Below, piece by piece: positions 19,589 to 30,492 of a DNA stretch of 64,000 nucleotides. Location: the NCBI GenBank assembly GCA_963665235.2, contig CAXXLX010000001.1:2880001-2944000 (forward strand), given 5' to 3'. Every line of letters starts with the position of its first letter. Position 1 is the first letter of the stretch. This DNA is from Candidatus Poribacteria bacterium (GTDB lineage: Bacteria; Poribacteria; WGA-4E; WGA-3G). The notes under the pieces are model-generated. The model was not told where the DNA came from. It saw only the letters and a program-made list of their open reading frames with translations, and did not search any database. The position numbers and the translations under genes were made by a program.

Positions 19589-19740
19589 ACGTGAGCTTGA
19601 TAATAAATATCCGTTTGCTCTAAACCTTTTTCATCGCGAAAAAAGCGGTATAATTGTAGCATAAACTTCCTAGTTTGTGCAGTTTTTTGCTAAAACTACC
19701 AGAGAACGCTGTAGGTCAAAACTTTTTTTCAAACTCACAT
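19589..19740. mobile_element. MITE family A (152 bp) with one internal REP unit
   Basis: TA|ACGTGAGCTTG...CAAACTCACAT|TA; GTAGCATAAACTTCCTAGTTTGTGC at 19656-19680. Confidence 0.65.
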
Positions 19741-19839
19741 TAAAATACCAAAAAAATTACACAATTCCCCCAAGTTTGTCGGAAATTTAAACGAAATTCC
19801 GTTTGTATCGTTTTTAACTAAAGTAAAAGGAGAATTAGA

Positions 19840-20460
19840 ATGTGGAAATTGAGCCTAATTTGTAGCCTCCTATTCGCTTCCATCGGTTTCGCTGTGACTG
19901 CCGACCAACACACGAAAAAATCTGTGGAAATTGAGCAGGAGGTCAAGGAGTGGCAGCTTAAAGACACCGAAGGTAAAAGTCGTTCCCTCAAGAAACTCAG
20001 TAAAGACAAGAAGGCAGTGGTCTTAATCTTTCTAGCAACGCAATGCCCGGTAGTAGACGATTATGTCGACCGCCTCGTCGCGCTCCTTAAGGATTACACG
20101 GAGAAAGATGTACAATTTGTTGGCATCCATTCCAATAAGCATGAAACACTTGAGGAAATTGCGAAGTATCGGAAGGAACACAACCTTAAATTCCCTATAC
20201 TCAAAGACCCGAAAAACGAAATTGCGGATTATTTCAAGGCACGGCGAACCCCAGAGGTCTTCCTCCTCGATAAAAAACGCATACTCCGCTATCGAGGCGC
20301 AATTGATGATAGTCGACACACGCCAGATAACCTGTATCTCCGGAAGGCATTAGATTTGATTCTAGCGGAAAAACTAATTCCGGATAAATTGAAAAGGACA
20401 CGCGCAATTGGCTGCACCATCAAACGCGTCCGGAAGGCAAGTTTAGACCGAACGCCGTAG
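19840..20460 (+). CDS. Exported thioredoxin-fold redoxin (AhpC/TSA family)
   Basis: Signal peptide, TQCPVV, RTPEVF, YRGAIDD, GCTIK. Confidence 0.8.
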   Translation: MWKLSLICSLLFASIGFAVTADQHTKKSVEIEQEVKEWQLKDTEGKSRSLKKLSKDKKAVVLIFLATQCPVVDDYVDRLVALLKDYTEKDVQFVGIHSNKHETLEEIAKYRKEHNLKFPILKDPKNEIADYFKARRTPEVFLLDKKRILRYRGAIDDSRHTPDNLYLRKALDLILAEKLIPDKLKRTRAIGCTIKRVRKASLDRTP

Positions 20461-20486
20461 GCTATAGGATAGATTTTTAATACATA

Positions 20487-23003
20487 TTGGAGAAGAACAT
20501 GCGTCGCTTTTTTGCTACTTTTTCTCAGGCTTTGCTAAGCCTGCTTTTTATAATCTGCATTCTTGCGTTTATGGCAGTTTTCCTTGGCATCGGTATTGCC
20601 AGCGGGTTTCTACTTGCCTGCTGGGAAGATGTAGAAACCCTCAGTCTCGACAAGAAGCTAGAATATGAGGCCGACCGTAAAACATGGCGGGAACATCTCG
20701 AAATTTATTCCGCTGCCTGTGAAGTACGAGAGCAGGATAAAACCGATTTTTTAATAGATAAACTCAAACGTTTGACCTATGAACAAATTCCGGAAGTAAG
20801 CGGAGGCATAGGCACACAGGGACAATATTCGGTAAAACTGAATGAAAAGCAGACCGGGACTATAGAGATTTACCTTCGTGAATTTAAATACCCGTACCTA
20901 ATGGAGGAAACTAAAACGAAAAAGGTTAAACTCTCTATAAGGAACGGAAAAATTCAAACTATTCAAGATATTAAAACAGACAACAGGTTGAATAGGTTTT
21001 ATCTGGAACCGGAGCTGATTGCTGAAAAATCGGGCGACGACCTCGGAACAACCCGCAAAATTATGCAACTCGTTGAAATTCCAGACAAGCTCATCAATGC
21101 CTTTATCGCCATTGAAGATCAGCGTTTTTACCAGCATTGGGGTATTGATATCAAACGCCTCGGCGGCGCAGTCCGAGACACCCTCCTACACGGAGATAGG
21201 ATAAGCGGAACAAGCACATTCACACAGCAGCTCACACGAAATGTCTACCTCGGACGACAGCGAGACCTCGTCCGTAAAGTACGGGAAATATTGCTTACCC
21301 TCAGAATTGAGAAGGTATTCTCAAAGGATGAAATCCTAGAGCGATATCTGAACTATATCGATTTAGGGCGAGCCGGCGGGAAAACACTTCACGGAGTACA
21401 TCAAGCCGCAATGGGATACTTTGGAAAAGAGGTCGGCGAACTTGAGTACCACGAATGCGCAATGCTCGCAGCACTTCCCAAGGCACCTAGTGCTTATTCT
21501 CCAATCCGAGAAGCAACCCGTCCTAAAGCTATAAGCAGACGCAACCTAGTGCTTTCAGCTATGTTCAACCGTGGCTACCTCACCGCTAAGGAATATAGGG
21601 AAAGTCTAGACGCACCCTTGAAAGTAAAAAATTTGTCGGAAACTTCACTCAAAGTGAATCAGGAAGCAGCCGGACACTTTATACAATACGTTAACAAACA
21701 ACTCGAAAGAATCCCTGAACTTGAAGATAGGTTATATAACGAAGGTTTGAAGGTTTATACCACCATCGATATGTCTATGCAATCGCTAGCCGTAAAGGCT
21801 GTTGCTGACCATCTGCGATACTTAGATAGAACACATAGCCGACTCCCAGATTACGACCGGAATAAAGAGAAGCCACACGGAATTGATCCCATTAAGGATT
21901 ACATGCAAGCCGCACTTGTCGCTTTTGAACCCCGAACCGGGCACATTAAAGCCATGGTAGGCGGACGGGATTACCGAATTACTGAGAAAGATATTAAGGG
22001 CCGGCAGATTAACTTCCTCAATCGAACAGTCGGAACAATACAACAGCCTACACTACGCCAACCGGGCTCTGCCTTTAAACCGATAGTCTTTGCAGCGTTA
22101 ATGCAGGAACCCGCCATCGTAACCCCCTCGACAATTCTCATCGATGAACCTTGGGGCATTGTACCCGCGCCTGGACAACCAAAATGGTTTCCTGACAATT
22201 ATTCAGAGAGGTTTAGAGGCCCAGTCACTATACGGGAAGTGCTCACCCGTTCAATTAATGTCCCTACGGTGAGAGTAACATTGGAAACACCGGTAAATGA
22301 GGAGGGCTTATGGGAAGGGATAGAACGCATTGTGGCACTCACAAAAAATATGGGAATTCAGAGTCACCAGCAACCGACACCAGCACTTACCCTAGGCGCG
22401 TCCGGCATGAAAGTACTTGAATTGACTGCCGCGTATGGCGTTTTCGCAAATCGCGGAATTCGGACAGAGCCGGTTAACATTCAGTACGTAACGGATGCAC
22501 AGGGGACAGTCATCTATCCACCAGAGGGGTATCAGCCGGACCGGACCCGTGTATTAGATGAAAAGGTTGCATATCAGATTACCTCATTCTTGGAAAGCGT
22601 TATTCAGAACGGGACCGGTTATGGCGCAAAACGAGACTTCCAACTTACGCGGCCAGCTGCAGGCAAAACAGGCACCACTAATAACAACGTGGACGCGTGG
22701 TTCGTCGGTTATACCACTGACCTAGTCGTCGGGGTTTGGGTTGGATTTGATGAGTATCGACCGAACCGACATAACTACAACCAGACAGGCGCGAGGGCAG
22801 CACTGCCTATCTGGGCACGTTTCATCGTTGAGGCATCACGTGGACCCGAAAGGGAGTTCCAACCGCCTGATGGAATTGTCTTCCGAGAAATTGATAAAAC
22901 AACCGGCTATCTGAGGAAACCGGATGGATGCCCACCAGAAAACGTTAAGCGAGAGGCATTTATCAAAGGGCAGGAACCCCAAGAGCTTTGCAATCGGCAT
23001 TAG
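20487..23003 (+). CDS. Class A penicillin-binding protein (transglycosylase/transpeptidase)
   Basis: N-terminal TM, EDQRF..HWG, STFTQQL, RKVRE, SAFK, SIN, KTG. Confidence 0.9.
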   Translation: MEKNMRRFFATFSQALLSLLFIICILAFMAVFLGIGIASGFLLACWEDVETLSLDKKLEYEADRKTWREHLEIYSAACEVREQDKTDFLIDKLKRLTYEQIPEVSGGIGTQGQYSVKLNEKQTGTIEIYLREFKYPYLMEETKTKKVKLSIRNGKIQTIQDIKTDNRLNRFYLEPELIAEKSGDDLGTTRKIMQLVEIPDKLINAFIAIEDQRFYQHWGIDIKRLGGAVRDTLLHGDRISGTSTFTQQLTRNVYLGRQRDLVRKVREILLTLRIEKVFSKDEILERYLNYIDLGRAGGKTLHGVHQAAMGYFGKEVGELEYHECAMLAALPKAPSAYSPIREATRPKAISRRNLVLSAMFNRGYLTAKEYRESLDAPLKVKNLSETSLKVNQEAAGHFIQYVNKQLERIPELEDRLYNEGLKVYTTIDMSMQSLAVKAVADHLRYLDRTHSRLPDYDRNKEKPHGIDPIKDYMQAALVAFEPRTGHIKAMVGGRDYRITEKDIKGRQINFLNRTVGTIQQPTLRQPGSAFKPIVFAALMQEPAIVTPSTILIDEPWGIVPAPGQPKWFPDNYSERFRGPVTIREVLTRSINVPTVRVTLETPVNEEGLWEGIERIVALTKNMGIQSHQQPTPALTLGASGMKVLELTAAYGVFANRGIRTEPVNIQYVTDAQGTVIYPPEGYQPDRTRVLDEKVAYQITSFLESVIQNGTGYGAKRDFQLTRPAAGKTGTTNNNVDAWFVGYTTDLVVGVWVGFDEYRPNRHNYNQTGARAALPIWARFIVEASRGPEREFQPPDGIVFREIDKTTGYLRKPDGCPPENVKREAFIKGQEPQELCNRH

Positions 23004-23015
23004 ACTCGGCACACC

Positions 23016-23948
23016 TTATGCGTCCTCTATCTGTTTTCGGAGTCTTTCTAGTTCCGCCTCTAGTTCTAGTCTGCGTCGTGCTTCTGCTGCTGCAGTTGCG
23101 TTTGCTTCGGCTGCGTTTGCTTCGGCTTCCAGTCTGCGTTGTGCTTCTGCTGCTGCGATTTCTTCGGCTTCCAGTCTGCGTTGTGCTTCTGCTGCTGCGG
23201 CTGCCGTTGCTTCCGCTGCCATTGTTTCGGAAATTTGTCTGCGTTGCACTTCCTCCTCGGCGATTGCTTGTGCTTGCTTCCTGAGACGTGCCTCCTCCGC
23301 CGAAGTCGTGAGCGGAGTTCCATCCGGCAAATAGGCGCGTAACAGTCTGAGACCATCAGGCCGTTCCTCCCAGCGGAATAGCAGATTGAGAGCCTCACTG
23401 AACAACTCACCGTTCCCAACCGGGGGAAGTTCCTCTATTCCGCCTGAACCTGTGCGTCTCCACCCGCGAAACTCCGCAGGTTTGGTCAGATCTGGTTGAT
23501 GTATAAAGTATTCTTGAACGCCCATCGTCTTCAAATAGATGTCTCGTTTCTCCTGGCGGTCCCGGTCTGCTGTTGAGTCTGAGAGGAACTCAAACACAAC
23601 GGTAGGGGACGCGCCCTCCGCCCAGATATAAAAACTATAGCGGGGCGGCGTTTTCTTAACACCGAAAGCAATGAAGATGTCGGGAGATACGCACCTCTCC
23701 ACTCCATTCTCGTCTCTATGGTATACGAAGCAGTCCACACCGGGATAGACATCAGGCTCATCTTCGTAATATCTATTAAGTGAATCGAAGAGTATGTTGA
23801 CTTGTAATCCTTGATGTTGACCAGCAGGCATGGGTTCATCGTCCTCATAAGGGTAGCCATCTATATAGACGGTAGGTTTTCCTATAGCTCTTGGGAAGGT
23901 TGGCATATACTTCCTTTTTTTCAGCGTCCAATCGTCAATAGTATTCAT
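23016..23948 (-). CDS. Uma2 (DUF820) family endonuclease-like protein with a coiled-coil repeat tail
   Basis: SPDIF, VFEFLSDST..RD..EK..Y...GVQEY; AAEAQRRLEAE repeats. Confidence 0.8.
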   Translation of the reverse strand: MNTIDDWTLKKRKYMPTFPRAIGKPTVYIDGYPYEDDEPMPAGQHQGLQVNILFDSLNRYYEDEPDVYPGVDCFVYHRDENGVERCVSPDIFIAFGVKKTPPRYSFYIWAEGASPTVVFEFLSDSTADRDRQEKRDIYLKTMGVQEYFIHQPDLTKPAEFRGWRRTGSGGIEELPPVGNGELFSEALNLLFRWEERPDGLRLLRAYLPDGTPLTTSAEEARLRKQAQAIAEEEVQRRQISETMAAEATAAAAAEAQRRLEAEEIAAAEAQRRLEAEANAAEANATAAAEARRRLELEAELERLRKQIEDA

Positions 23949-24171
23949 GATTTTCTCCCTTTCGTATTGGGCATGTCTTTTGCTTTGGGGCTCAAATCGT
24001 TTCAGGTTAAAATTATTTTAGCAGCAGAAGTGTCTTTTGTCAAGCAGAAATTAGGCTGGTAGAAAAAACGTTTGATTTTTGTTTCTATTTCTGTTAAACT
24101 ATGTATCGTAAATAGAAAAGCACGCTAACACAAGCGGAACTCTACCACATCAAACACCGAAAACGCAGCAC

Positions 24172-26247
24172 ATGCAGAAAAAATGGAGCGTCATGAAAAA
24201 AGATTGGGAAGCACGACCAGCAATTGTTCCTACAGCGGGCAGCACAGAATTGCCCGCTCAGCCGTTTGAACTCATCTCCGATTTCACCCCGCAAGGTGAC
24301 CAGCCGCAAGCAATCGCCAAATTGACACAGGGGCTCCAACGCGGAGATAGAGCGCAAACGCTACTTGGTGTAACAGGCTCCGGCAAAACATATACGATGG
24401 CCAACCTCATCCAGAACGTGCAGCAGCCCACACTCGTCATCTCACCGAACAAGACCCTCGCTGCACAACTTTACAACGAATTCCGAACATTTTTCCCAAA
24501 CAACGCTGTACACTACTTCGTCAGTGATTACGAATATTACCAACCCGAGGCTTATATTCCATCTACCGACACGTTCATTGAAAAAGATGTCCGGATTAAC
24601 GAAGAGATAACCCGTATGCGGCTCGCGTCGACTGCCTCCTTGATGGAACGACGTGATGTTATCGTCGTAGCAAGCGTCTCCTGCCTCTACGGACTTGGCT
24701 CCCCCCGTGAGTTCGAAAAACAACGGGTCACTATAGAGGTAGGTCAGTACATCCGCCGGGACGAATTTCTCCGCGCCCTAATAGATATTCGCTATGAACG
24801 CAACGATACCGAGTTCTGGCAAGGCATGTTCCGCGTACGAGGCGATGTCGTAGAGGTGTTTCCCGCTTATAGCGAAAACGCCTATCGTATTGAACTGTTC
24901 GGGAATGAAATTGAGAGAATTAGCGAAATTAACATGACAACTGGCGAAGTCTTGGCGAAAAAGGAATCCCTAGAAATCTATCCCGCAAAACACTTTATGA
25001 CCGATGCAGACATCTTCGAAGATGCCCTCATCAATATTGAACTCGAACTCCACGAACGGATTATCACCTTTGAGAAGGAACATAAGCTGCTGGAAGCACA
25101 ACGTATTGAACAGCGCACCCGATTCGATTTGGAGATGCTGCGCGAAGTCGGCTACTGCTCCGGCATTGAAAACTATTCGCGACACCTCTCAGGATTGCAA
25201 CCCGGCGAGCCGCCCTACTGCCTTCTCAACTACTTCCCTGAAGATTTTCTGCTTTTCATAGACGAATCGCACGTGACAGTCCCTCAGCTGCGGGGTATGT
25301 ATCGTGGCGACCGTTCACGAAAGGAAAACCTTGTCAATTACGGATTCCGATTACCCTCTGCATTGGACAACCGGCCCCTCCGCTTTGACGAGGTGGAAAC
25401 GTCCCTCAACCAGGTTATCTTTGTCTCTGCAACGCCCGGCAAGTATGAAATGGAAAACGGCGGCCAAATCGTTGAACAGATTATTCGACCCACAGGATTA
25501 ATTGACCCCCAAATGACTGTCCATCCAGTTCAGGGCCAAATTGACCATCTCATTGGTAAAATTCGGGAACGGGCAAAAGGGAAACAGCGCGTCCTTGTCA
25601 CAACCCTCACAAAGCGAATGGCTGAAGACCTAAGTGAATATTTCATTGAGGCGGGTATCCGAGCAAACTATATGCACTCCGAAATTGATGTATTTGAGCG
25701 GGCCCGAATTTTGCGAGAACTTCGCGAGGGACAATTCGATGTACTCATCGGTATTAACCTTCTGCGTGAGGGGCTTGACCTCCCTGAAGTCTCGCTTGTC
25801 GCAATTTTGGATGCCGACCGACCGGGATTCCTCCGCTCCGTTACCTCCTTGGTGCAAACATCCGGGCGCGCCGCGCGCAACGTTGATGGTGAAGTCATAC
25901 TCTATGGCGACACTATCACAGACGCAATGGAAGATGCAATGGCAGAAACAAAACGCCGGCGGGATATACAGATGAAATACAATACCGAAAACAACATCAC
26001 ACCTGCCACAATTCAGAAAGCCATTGAGCAACTTATCTCTGAATCCACAACCGAATACAAAACGAAGCAACCTAAAAAGTCTGTTCCCATTATCGAGGAC
26101 GGCAGCACTACAGAAGACATTAAAGCGACTATTACTGACCTGACACGGCAGATGCGGAAAGCAGCCCTAGAACTTGAGTTTGAACAAGCCGCCGCACTCC
26201 GCGACCAGATTGCAGAAATCAAGGAGCAACTGGCGAAACAAAAATAG
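24172..26247 (+). CDS. uvrB: Excinuclease ABC subunit B (start may be 24193)
   Basis: GDQPQAI, GVTGSGKT, YQPEAY, DESH, C-terminal UVR domain FEQAAALRD. Confidence 0.97.
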   Translation: MQKKWSVMKKDWEARPAIVPTAGSTELPAQPFELISDFTPQGDQPQAIAKLTQGLQRGDRAQTLLGVTGSGKTYTMANLIQNVQQPTLVISPNKTLAAQLYNEFRTFFPNNAVHYFVSDYEYYQPEAYIPSTDTFIEKDVRINEEITRMRLASTASLMERRDVIVVASVSCLYGLGSPREFEKQRVTIEVGQYIRRDEFLRALIDIRYERNDTEFWQGMFRVRGDVVEVFPAYSENAYRIELFGNEIERISEINMTTGEVLAKKESLEIYPAKHFMTDADIFEDALINIELELHERIITFEKEHKLLEAQRIEQRTRFDLEMLREVGYCSGIENYSRHLSGLQPGEPPYCLLNYFPEDFLLFIDESHVTVPQLRGMYRGDRSRKENLVNYGFRLPSALDNRPLRFDEVETSLNQVIFVSATPGKYEMENGGQIVEQIIRPTGLIDPQMTVHPVQGQIDHLIGKIRERAKGKQRVLVTTLTKRMAEDLSEYFIEAGIRANYMHSEIDVFERARILRELREGQFDVLIGINLLREGLDLPEVSLVAILDADRPGFLRSVTSLVQTSGRAARNVDGEVILYGDTITDAMEDAMAETKRRRDIQMKYNTENNITPATIQKAIEQLISESTTEYKTKQPKKSVPIIEDGSTTEDIKATITDLTRQMRKAALELEFEQAAALRDQIAEIKEQLAKQK

Positions 26248-26421
26248 AAATCTGCTATATTTTGACACCTCTCCTTCCGTATCAACGGGTTTTGCTAAGG
26301 AATAAAATTTAAACCTTGCCTTTCAAAACGAAATTTGCTAAAATAGCACTGTTCATAATTTTTCAATCAGTTTTTTAAAATAAACGCGCTTCAAAACGCG
26401 CATAAAAGAGAGGAATTCGCT

Positions 26422-26676
26422 ATGTTTGTTTGTGTAGCATGTGGTTATTTGTGGAAAGAAGCGGATGAACCGCCCGATGAGTGTCCAGCTTGCACCGCAC
26501 CCAAAGAGAAATACATCCCTTACGATGATAGAGCGGAACGTTGGGTCAAACGCGCAGTTGCGGCACATGTAATGTACCCTGACGAAGAGGGGGCGGACCT
26601 TCGTGCTGAAAACTCGGCACTTTCGTCACACATCCGATTCGCTCTCGTTGGTTTACTTGAAGACCTTAAAAAGTAA
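26422..26676 (+). CDS. Rubredoxin-like small protein
   Basis: CVACGY...CPAC; GAGG SD before ATG. Confidence 0.7.
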   Translation: MFVCVACGYLWKEADEPPDECPACTAPKEKYIPYDDRAERWVKRAVAAHVMYPDEEGADLRAENSALSSHIRFALVGLLEDLKK

Positions 26677-26711
26677 GTTATGGGCAGCTACTATACTGCC
26701 CCCGTTACCTT

Positions 26712-26748
26712 TTTTTGTAGGCACGTCTCCAAAGCGCGCCTACAAAAA
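26712..26748. terminator. Bidirectional terminator-like hairpin
   Basis: TTTTTGTAGGC...GCCTACAAAAA. Confidence 0.55.
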
Positions 26749-26842
26749 TACAAAATATAGAAAGGCGGCACTAATGCTCCCAAACATGAGCCGAAAAAGC
26801 AACCCGTTTGCGATACCTTTAGGGAGTTTGCCGAATAAAAAA

Positions 26843-28345
26843 ATGAAACGAATAAGTCAATGCCTGCTTTTGCTCCTATTTGTTTTACCCACCGTAGCCT
26901 CAGCACAAAATCTTGAAGAGCGGGTGGTTGAACACACGTTCTCGAACGGCTTGAAGCTACTCATGATAGAACGACATACCTCCCCCACAGTTGCACCGTA
27001 TATCCTATTTAAAGCCGGGTCCGTCGATGAATCTCATGATGCCCGCGGCATCGCGCACATGCTTGAGCACATGTTGTTCAAGGGCACCAAAACAATCGGC
27101 ACAATCGACTATGAAAAAGAAAAAACCGTCCTTGCCGAAATCGACCGCATTGGCGATGCATTGGACACCGAACAGGCAAAAGGTGCAAAAGCCGATGCAG
27201 CAAAAATTGCCGAATTGGAAGAAGCACTCAAAACACAGCAAGAACTCGCAAAGCAGTGGGTGGTCTCCGGCGAATACACTAACATCTATACCCAACACGG
27301 CAGCACCGGATTCAACGCTGGCACCTCGGTAGACTATACCATTTACACAGTAGAACTTCCATCTAACAAATTAGAATTGTGGGCAATGCTTGAATCTGAC
27401 CGCCTTAAGAACGCTGTCCTACGCCAATTTTATGTCGAACGCGAAGCTGTTAAAGAGGAACGTAGAATGCGAGTAGATACGCAACCCGGCGGGAAACTCT
27501 ATGAACAGTTTATGGCTGTAGCCTTCACCGCGCACCCCTACGGCACCCCAATCATCGGGTGGCCCTCTGATATTGCAATGCTTAACCGAAAAAAAGCAGA
27601 AGAGTTCTTCCGTATCCATTACGCACCCAATAACTCCGTGATGGTTATCGTTGGCGATATCCAGACTGAGAAGACCATTAAATTAATAGAAAAATATTTT
27701 GGCGATATCCCATCGCAACCGATTCCTAGCGAAGTCACAGTTCAGGAGCCCGCCCAGGAAGGAGAACGGCGAATCGAGGTCGAATTTGACGCTGAACCCC
27801 GTATGATGATTGGATATCATAAACCCACAATTCCGCATCCAGATGATTATGTCCTAGACATGATTAGTGCTATTCTCTCAGATGGGCGGACATCCCGTTT
27901 ATACAAAAATATCGTTGAAGAAGGGATTGCTGTCTCCGCTAATACTGTAAACGGTTACCCGGGAGCACGTTACAATAATCTCTTTGTGATTAACGCTACG
28001 CCTCGCTCCCCTAATACGACGGCTGATGTAGAAACGGCTATCTATGCCGAATTGGAAAAACTCAAAACGGAACCTGTCGCTGAAAAAGAATTCAAACGGA
28101 TTCTTAAACAAGTTGATGCCCAATTTATCCGCGGACTTAGTTCAAACGCCGGTATGGCGAACCAACTCGCTCTCTATGAAGGCATCGCTGGCGACTGGCG
28201 ATACATACTCAATTGGCGTGAAAAGATGTACGAAATTACACCTGACGATATTATGAGAGTAGCACAAACCTATTTTAAAAAGGGCAACCGGACCGTGGCT
28301 ACACTTGTTAAAAAAGAGTCCGTACCAGAGGAGGCCGGTGAATAA
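26843..28345 (+). CDS. M16 (insulinase) zinc peptidase, catalytic subunit, secreted
   Basis: Signal peptide from MKRISQ, HMLEH motif, SRLY. Confidence 0.9.
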   Translation: MKRISQCLLLLLFVLPTVASAQNLEERVVEHTFSNGLKLLMIERHTSPTVAPYILFKAGSVDESHDARGIAHMLEHMLFKGTKTIGTIDYEKEKTVLAEIDRIGDALDTEQAKGAKADAAKIAELEEALKTQQELAKQWVVSGEYTNIYTQHGSTGFNAGTSVDYTIYTVELPSNKLELWAMLESDRLKNAVLRQFYVEREAVKEERRMRVDTQPGGKLYEQFMAVAFTAHPYGTPIIGWPSDIAMLNRKKAEEFFRIHYAPNNSVMVIVGDIQTEKTIKLIEKYFGDIPSQPIPSEVTVQEPAQEGERRIEVEFDAEPRMMIGYHKPTIPHPDDYVLDMISAILSDGRTSRLYKNIVEEGIAVSANTVNGYPGARYNNLFVINATPRSPNTTADVETAIYAELEKLKTEPVAEKEFKRILKQVDAQFIRGLSSNAGMANQLALYEGIAGDWRYILNWREKMYEITPDDIMRVAQTYFKKGNRTVATLVKKESVPEEAGE

Positions 28346-30492
28346 TGCAAAAACGAATCGCGACCCAACTTATAGTATGCGTGCTTATCGCCTGTTTTGC
28401 TATTTGGGGCAACGTGCCTATTTATGCCAAACCCCACGAGGCACTGACTTATGAACCTATTCAGTTTAAACCGCCAGTACCACAAAAATATATACTTTCC
28501 AACGGAATGGAGTTATATCTGCTGGAAGACCACGAATTGCCGGTATTCGACATTAGAGGGCTTGTCAGAACAGGTAGCATCTACGATACGAGCGATAAAA
28601 TAGGATTGGCCGGTATTTTCGCCTCTGTCATGCGAACCGGCGGCACAATTTCACGTGAACCGGATGCATTGAACGAAGAACTTGAATCTATGGCTGCCTC
28701 CGTTGAAATCGGTATGTCAGCCGAATACGGTAATATCACGCTTTCAACGATGGCGGAGGATATTGAGAAGGGATTAGAAATCTTCGCTGACGTTTTAAGA
28801 AACCCCGCGTTCCGCGAAGACAAATTGGAACTTCGCAAACAGCAAGCCGTTGAAGCAATTCGCAGAAGGAATGATAATCCTATACAATTAGCGTGGCGTA
28901 ATTTCTCAGCAATCCTCTACGGCACCGACCATCCGTTCGGCTGGTATGCCGAAATTGAGGACGTAGAGAGCATTACAGCAGATGACCTCAAAGCCTTCCA
29001 CGCGAAATACTACCACCCGAATAATATGATGCTTGCAATTACGGGAGATTTTGACACACAAACCCTAATTGCACAGCTTGAAAACGTATTCGAAGGGTGG
29101 GAAAAAACCGAGATTGAATTTCCGGTCGTGCCTACCGTTGAAAATTCACCACAACCTTCTGTTAATCATATTCCGAAAAGTCTGCCGCAGACAACGATGT
29201 TGATTGGGCATTTCGGTATCAAGCGTACGCCCGATTTTCCAGATTTCTTCGCGCTCCGTGTGATGAATGAGATTCTCGGTGAGGGAGGTTTCACGTCCCG
29301 CTTGATGATGGAAGTGCGTGAAAAGCACGGACTCGCCTATATGGTGGGAAGCCTCATGCAAACAAGCCTCTACACCAATCCGGGCGAATGGTTCGCCTAT
29401 TCACAGACGCGGACAGAAAAAACCGCGGAAGCCATTTCGCTTATCATCGACATTGTCCGTGACCTGCGGGAAACCCCGGTCAACGCGGATGAGCTGCAGC
29501 GCACCAAAGATTCGCTCATCAACTCCTTTGTGTTCGGGTTCGAAAGCAGTGCACAAATTGCATTCCAGCAGATGATGCTTGCCTATCGTGGGTTCGCCCC
29601 AGACTTTCTCGAAACCTTTACCGATAACATCGCCAACGTCACAGCGGAAGATGTACAGGCTGCTGCCCAAAAATATCTCCACCCGGATGCCCTTACTATC
29701 GTCACTGTTGGCGATGAGGAGAACTTTGACCGGCCCTTGAGCGAATTCGGGGAGGTTAACTTCATCGAAATAAAGCAACCGGAACCCCCACCTGTTGAAC
29801 CGATGCCTGAAGTTAATGAAATGGACGCGGCAAAAGCGAAGGAAATCCTTGCTGCTGCCGTCGAGGCGCACGGCGGAATCGAGAAATTGAAAGCTGTGAA
29901 AAATGCTGTCGCGCAGATGAACGCCGAGGTTACGACCCCGGGCGGACCGATGCAGATGGAAGTAACACTGTACGCTGTCTACCCAGACAAATTCCGCCAA
30001 GATATGAACACGCCCCAGGGCGAAATGAATGTCCTATTTGATGGAAAAGAGGGGTTTCTCCTTTCTGCAATGGGCAATCAACCCTTGCCACCTGAATTGA
30101 CAAACACCTTCAAAGATTCAGTGCTCAGAGAAATACCTTTTCTCCTTACACATCTCACACAGAACGATGTCCCTATTCAATACATAGGCACGGAAGAGGT
30201 CCAGGGGGAGACAGCCGCGGTTTTGCAGGTGCAACAACCCTCCGGCGAAATGCTAAAAATTTTCATCAGTGAAACATCGCACTACGTGGTTAAGCAGGCC
30301 TTCCGCGAAATGGGACAAGGGGTAGTCGTGGGTAAAGAAAACATCTTTACGGACTATCGTGATGTGAACGGGATTAAAATTGCCTATAACCTTGTGCAGA
30401 ACGTAAATGGGGTCCGTTTTAGCGAAACGCGGCTAAACACTATTAAGTTAAACGCTGAGCTTGACGAATCACTCTTTCAGGTGCCAGAATGA
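28345..30492 (+). CDS. M16 peptidase non-catalytic partner with a C-terminal extension
   Basis: No HxxEH; GGFTSRL..EVREKHGLAY; Pro-rich linker then a ~230 aa extra domain; TAATG coupling. Confidence 0.85.
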   Translation: MQKRIATQLIVCVLIACFAIWGNVPIYAKPHEALTYEPIQFKPPVPQKYILSNGMELYLLEDHELPVFDIRGLVRTGSIYDTSDKIGLAGIFASVMRTGGTISREPDALNEELESMAASVEIGMSAEYGNITLSTMAEDIEKGLEIFADVLRNPAFREDKLELRKQQAVEAIRRRNDNPIQLAWRNFSAILYGTDHPFGWYAEIEDVESITADDLKAFHAKYYHPNNMMLAITGDFDTQTLIAQLENVFEGWEKTEIEFPVVPTVENSPQPSVNHIPKSLPQTTMLIGHFGIKRTPDFPDFFALRVMNEILGEGGFTSRLMMEVREKHGLAYMVGSLMQTSLYTNPGEWFAYSQTRTEKTAEAISLIIDIVRDLRETPVNADELQRTKDSLINSFVFGFESSAQIAFQQMMLAYRGFAPDFLETFTDNIANVTAEDVQAAAQKYLHPDALTIVTVGDEENFDRPLSEFGEVNFIEIKQPEPPPVEPMPEVNEMDAAKAKEILAAAVEAHGGIEKLKAVKNAVAQMNAEVTTPGGPMQMEVTLYAVYPDKFRQDMNTPQGEMNVLFDGKEGFLLSAMGNQPLPPELTNTFKDSVLREIPFLLTHLTQNDVPIQYIGTEEVQGETAAVLQVQQPSGEMLKIFISETSHYVVKQAFREMGQGVVVGKENIFTDYRDVNGIKIAYNLVQNVNGVRFSETRLNTIKLNAELDESLFQVPE

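Noticed and set aside
22924-23419. Low-complexity overlapping ORFs
   Set aside because: Alternative frames of the Uma2 coiled-coil repeat
24060-24170. SOS box shared by uvrB and lexA upstream regions
   Set aside because: No convincing common palindrome was found by eye
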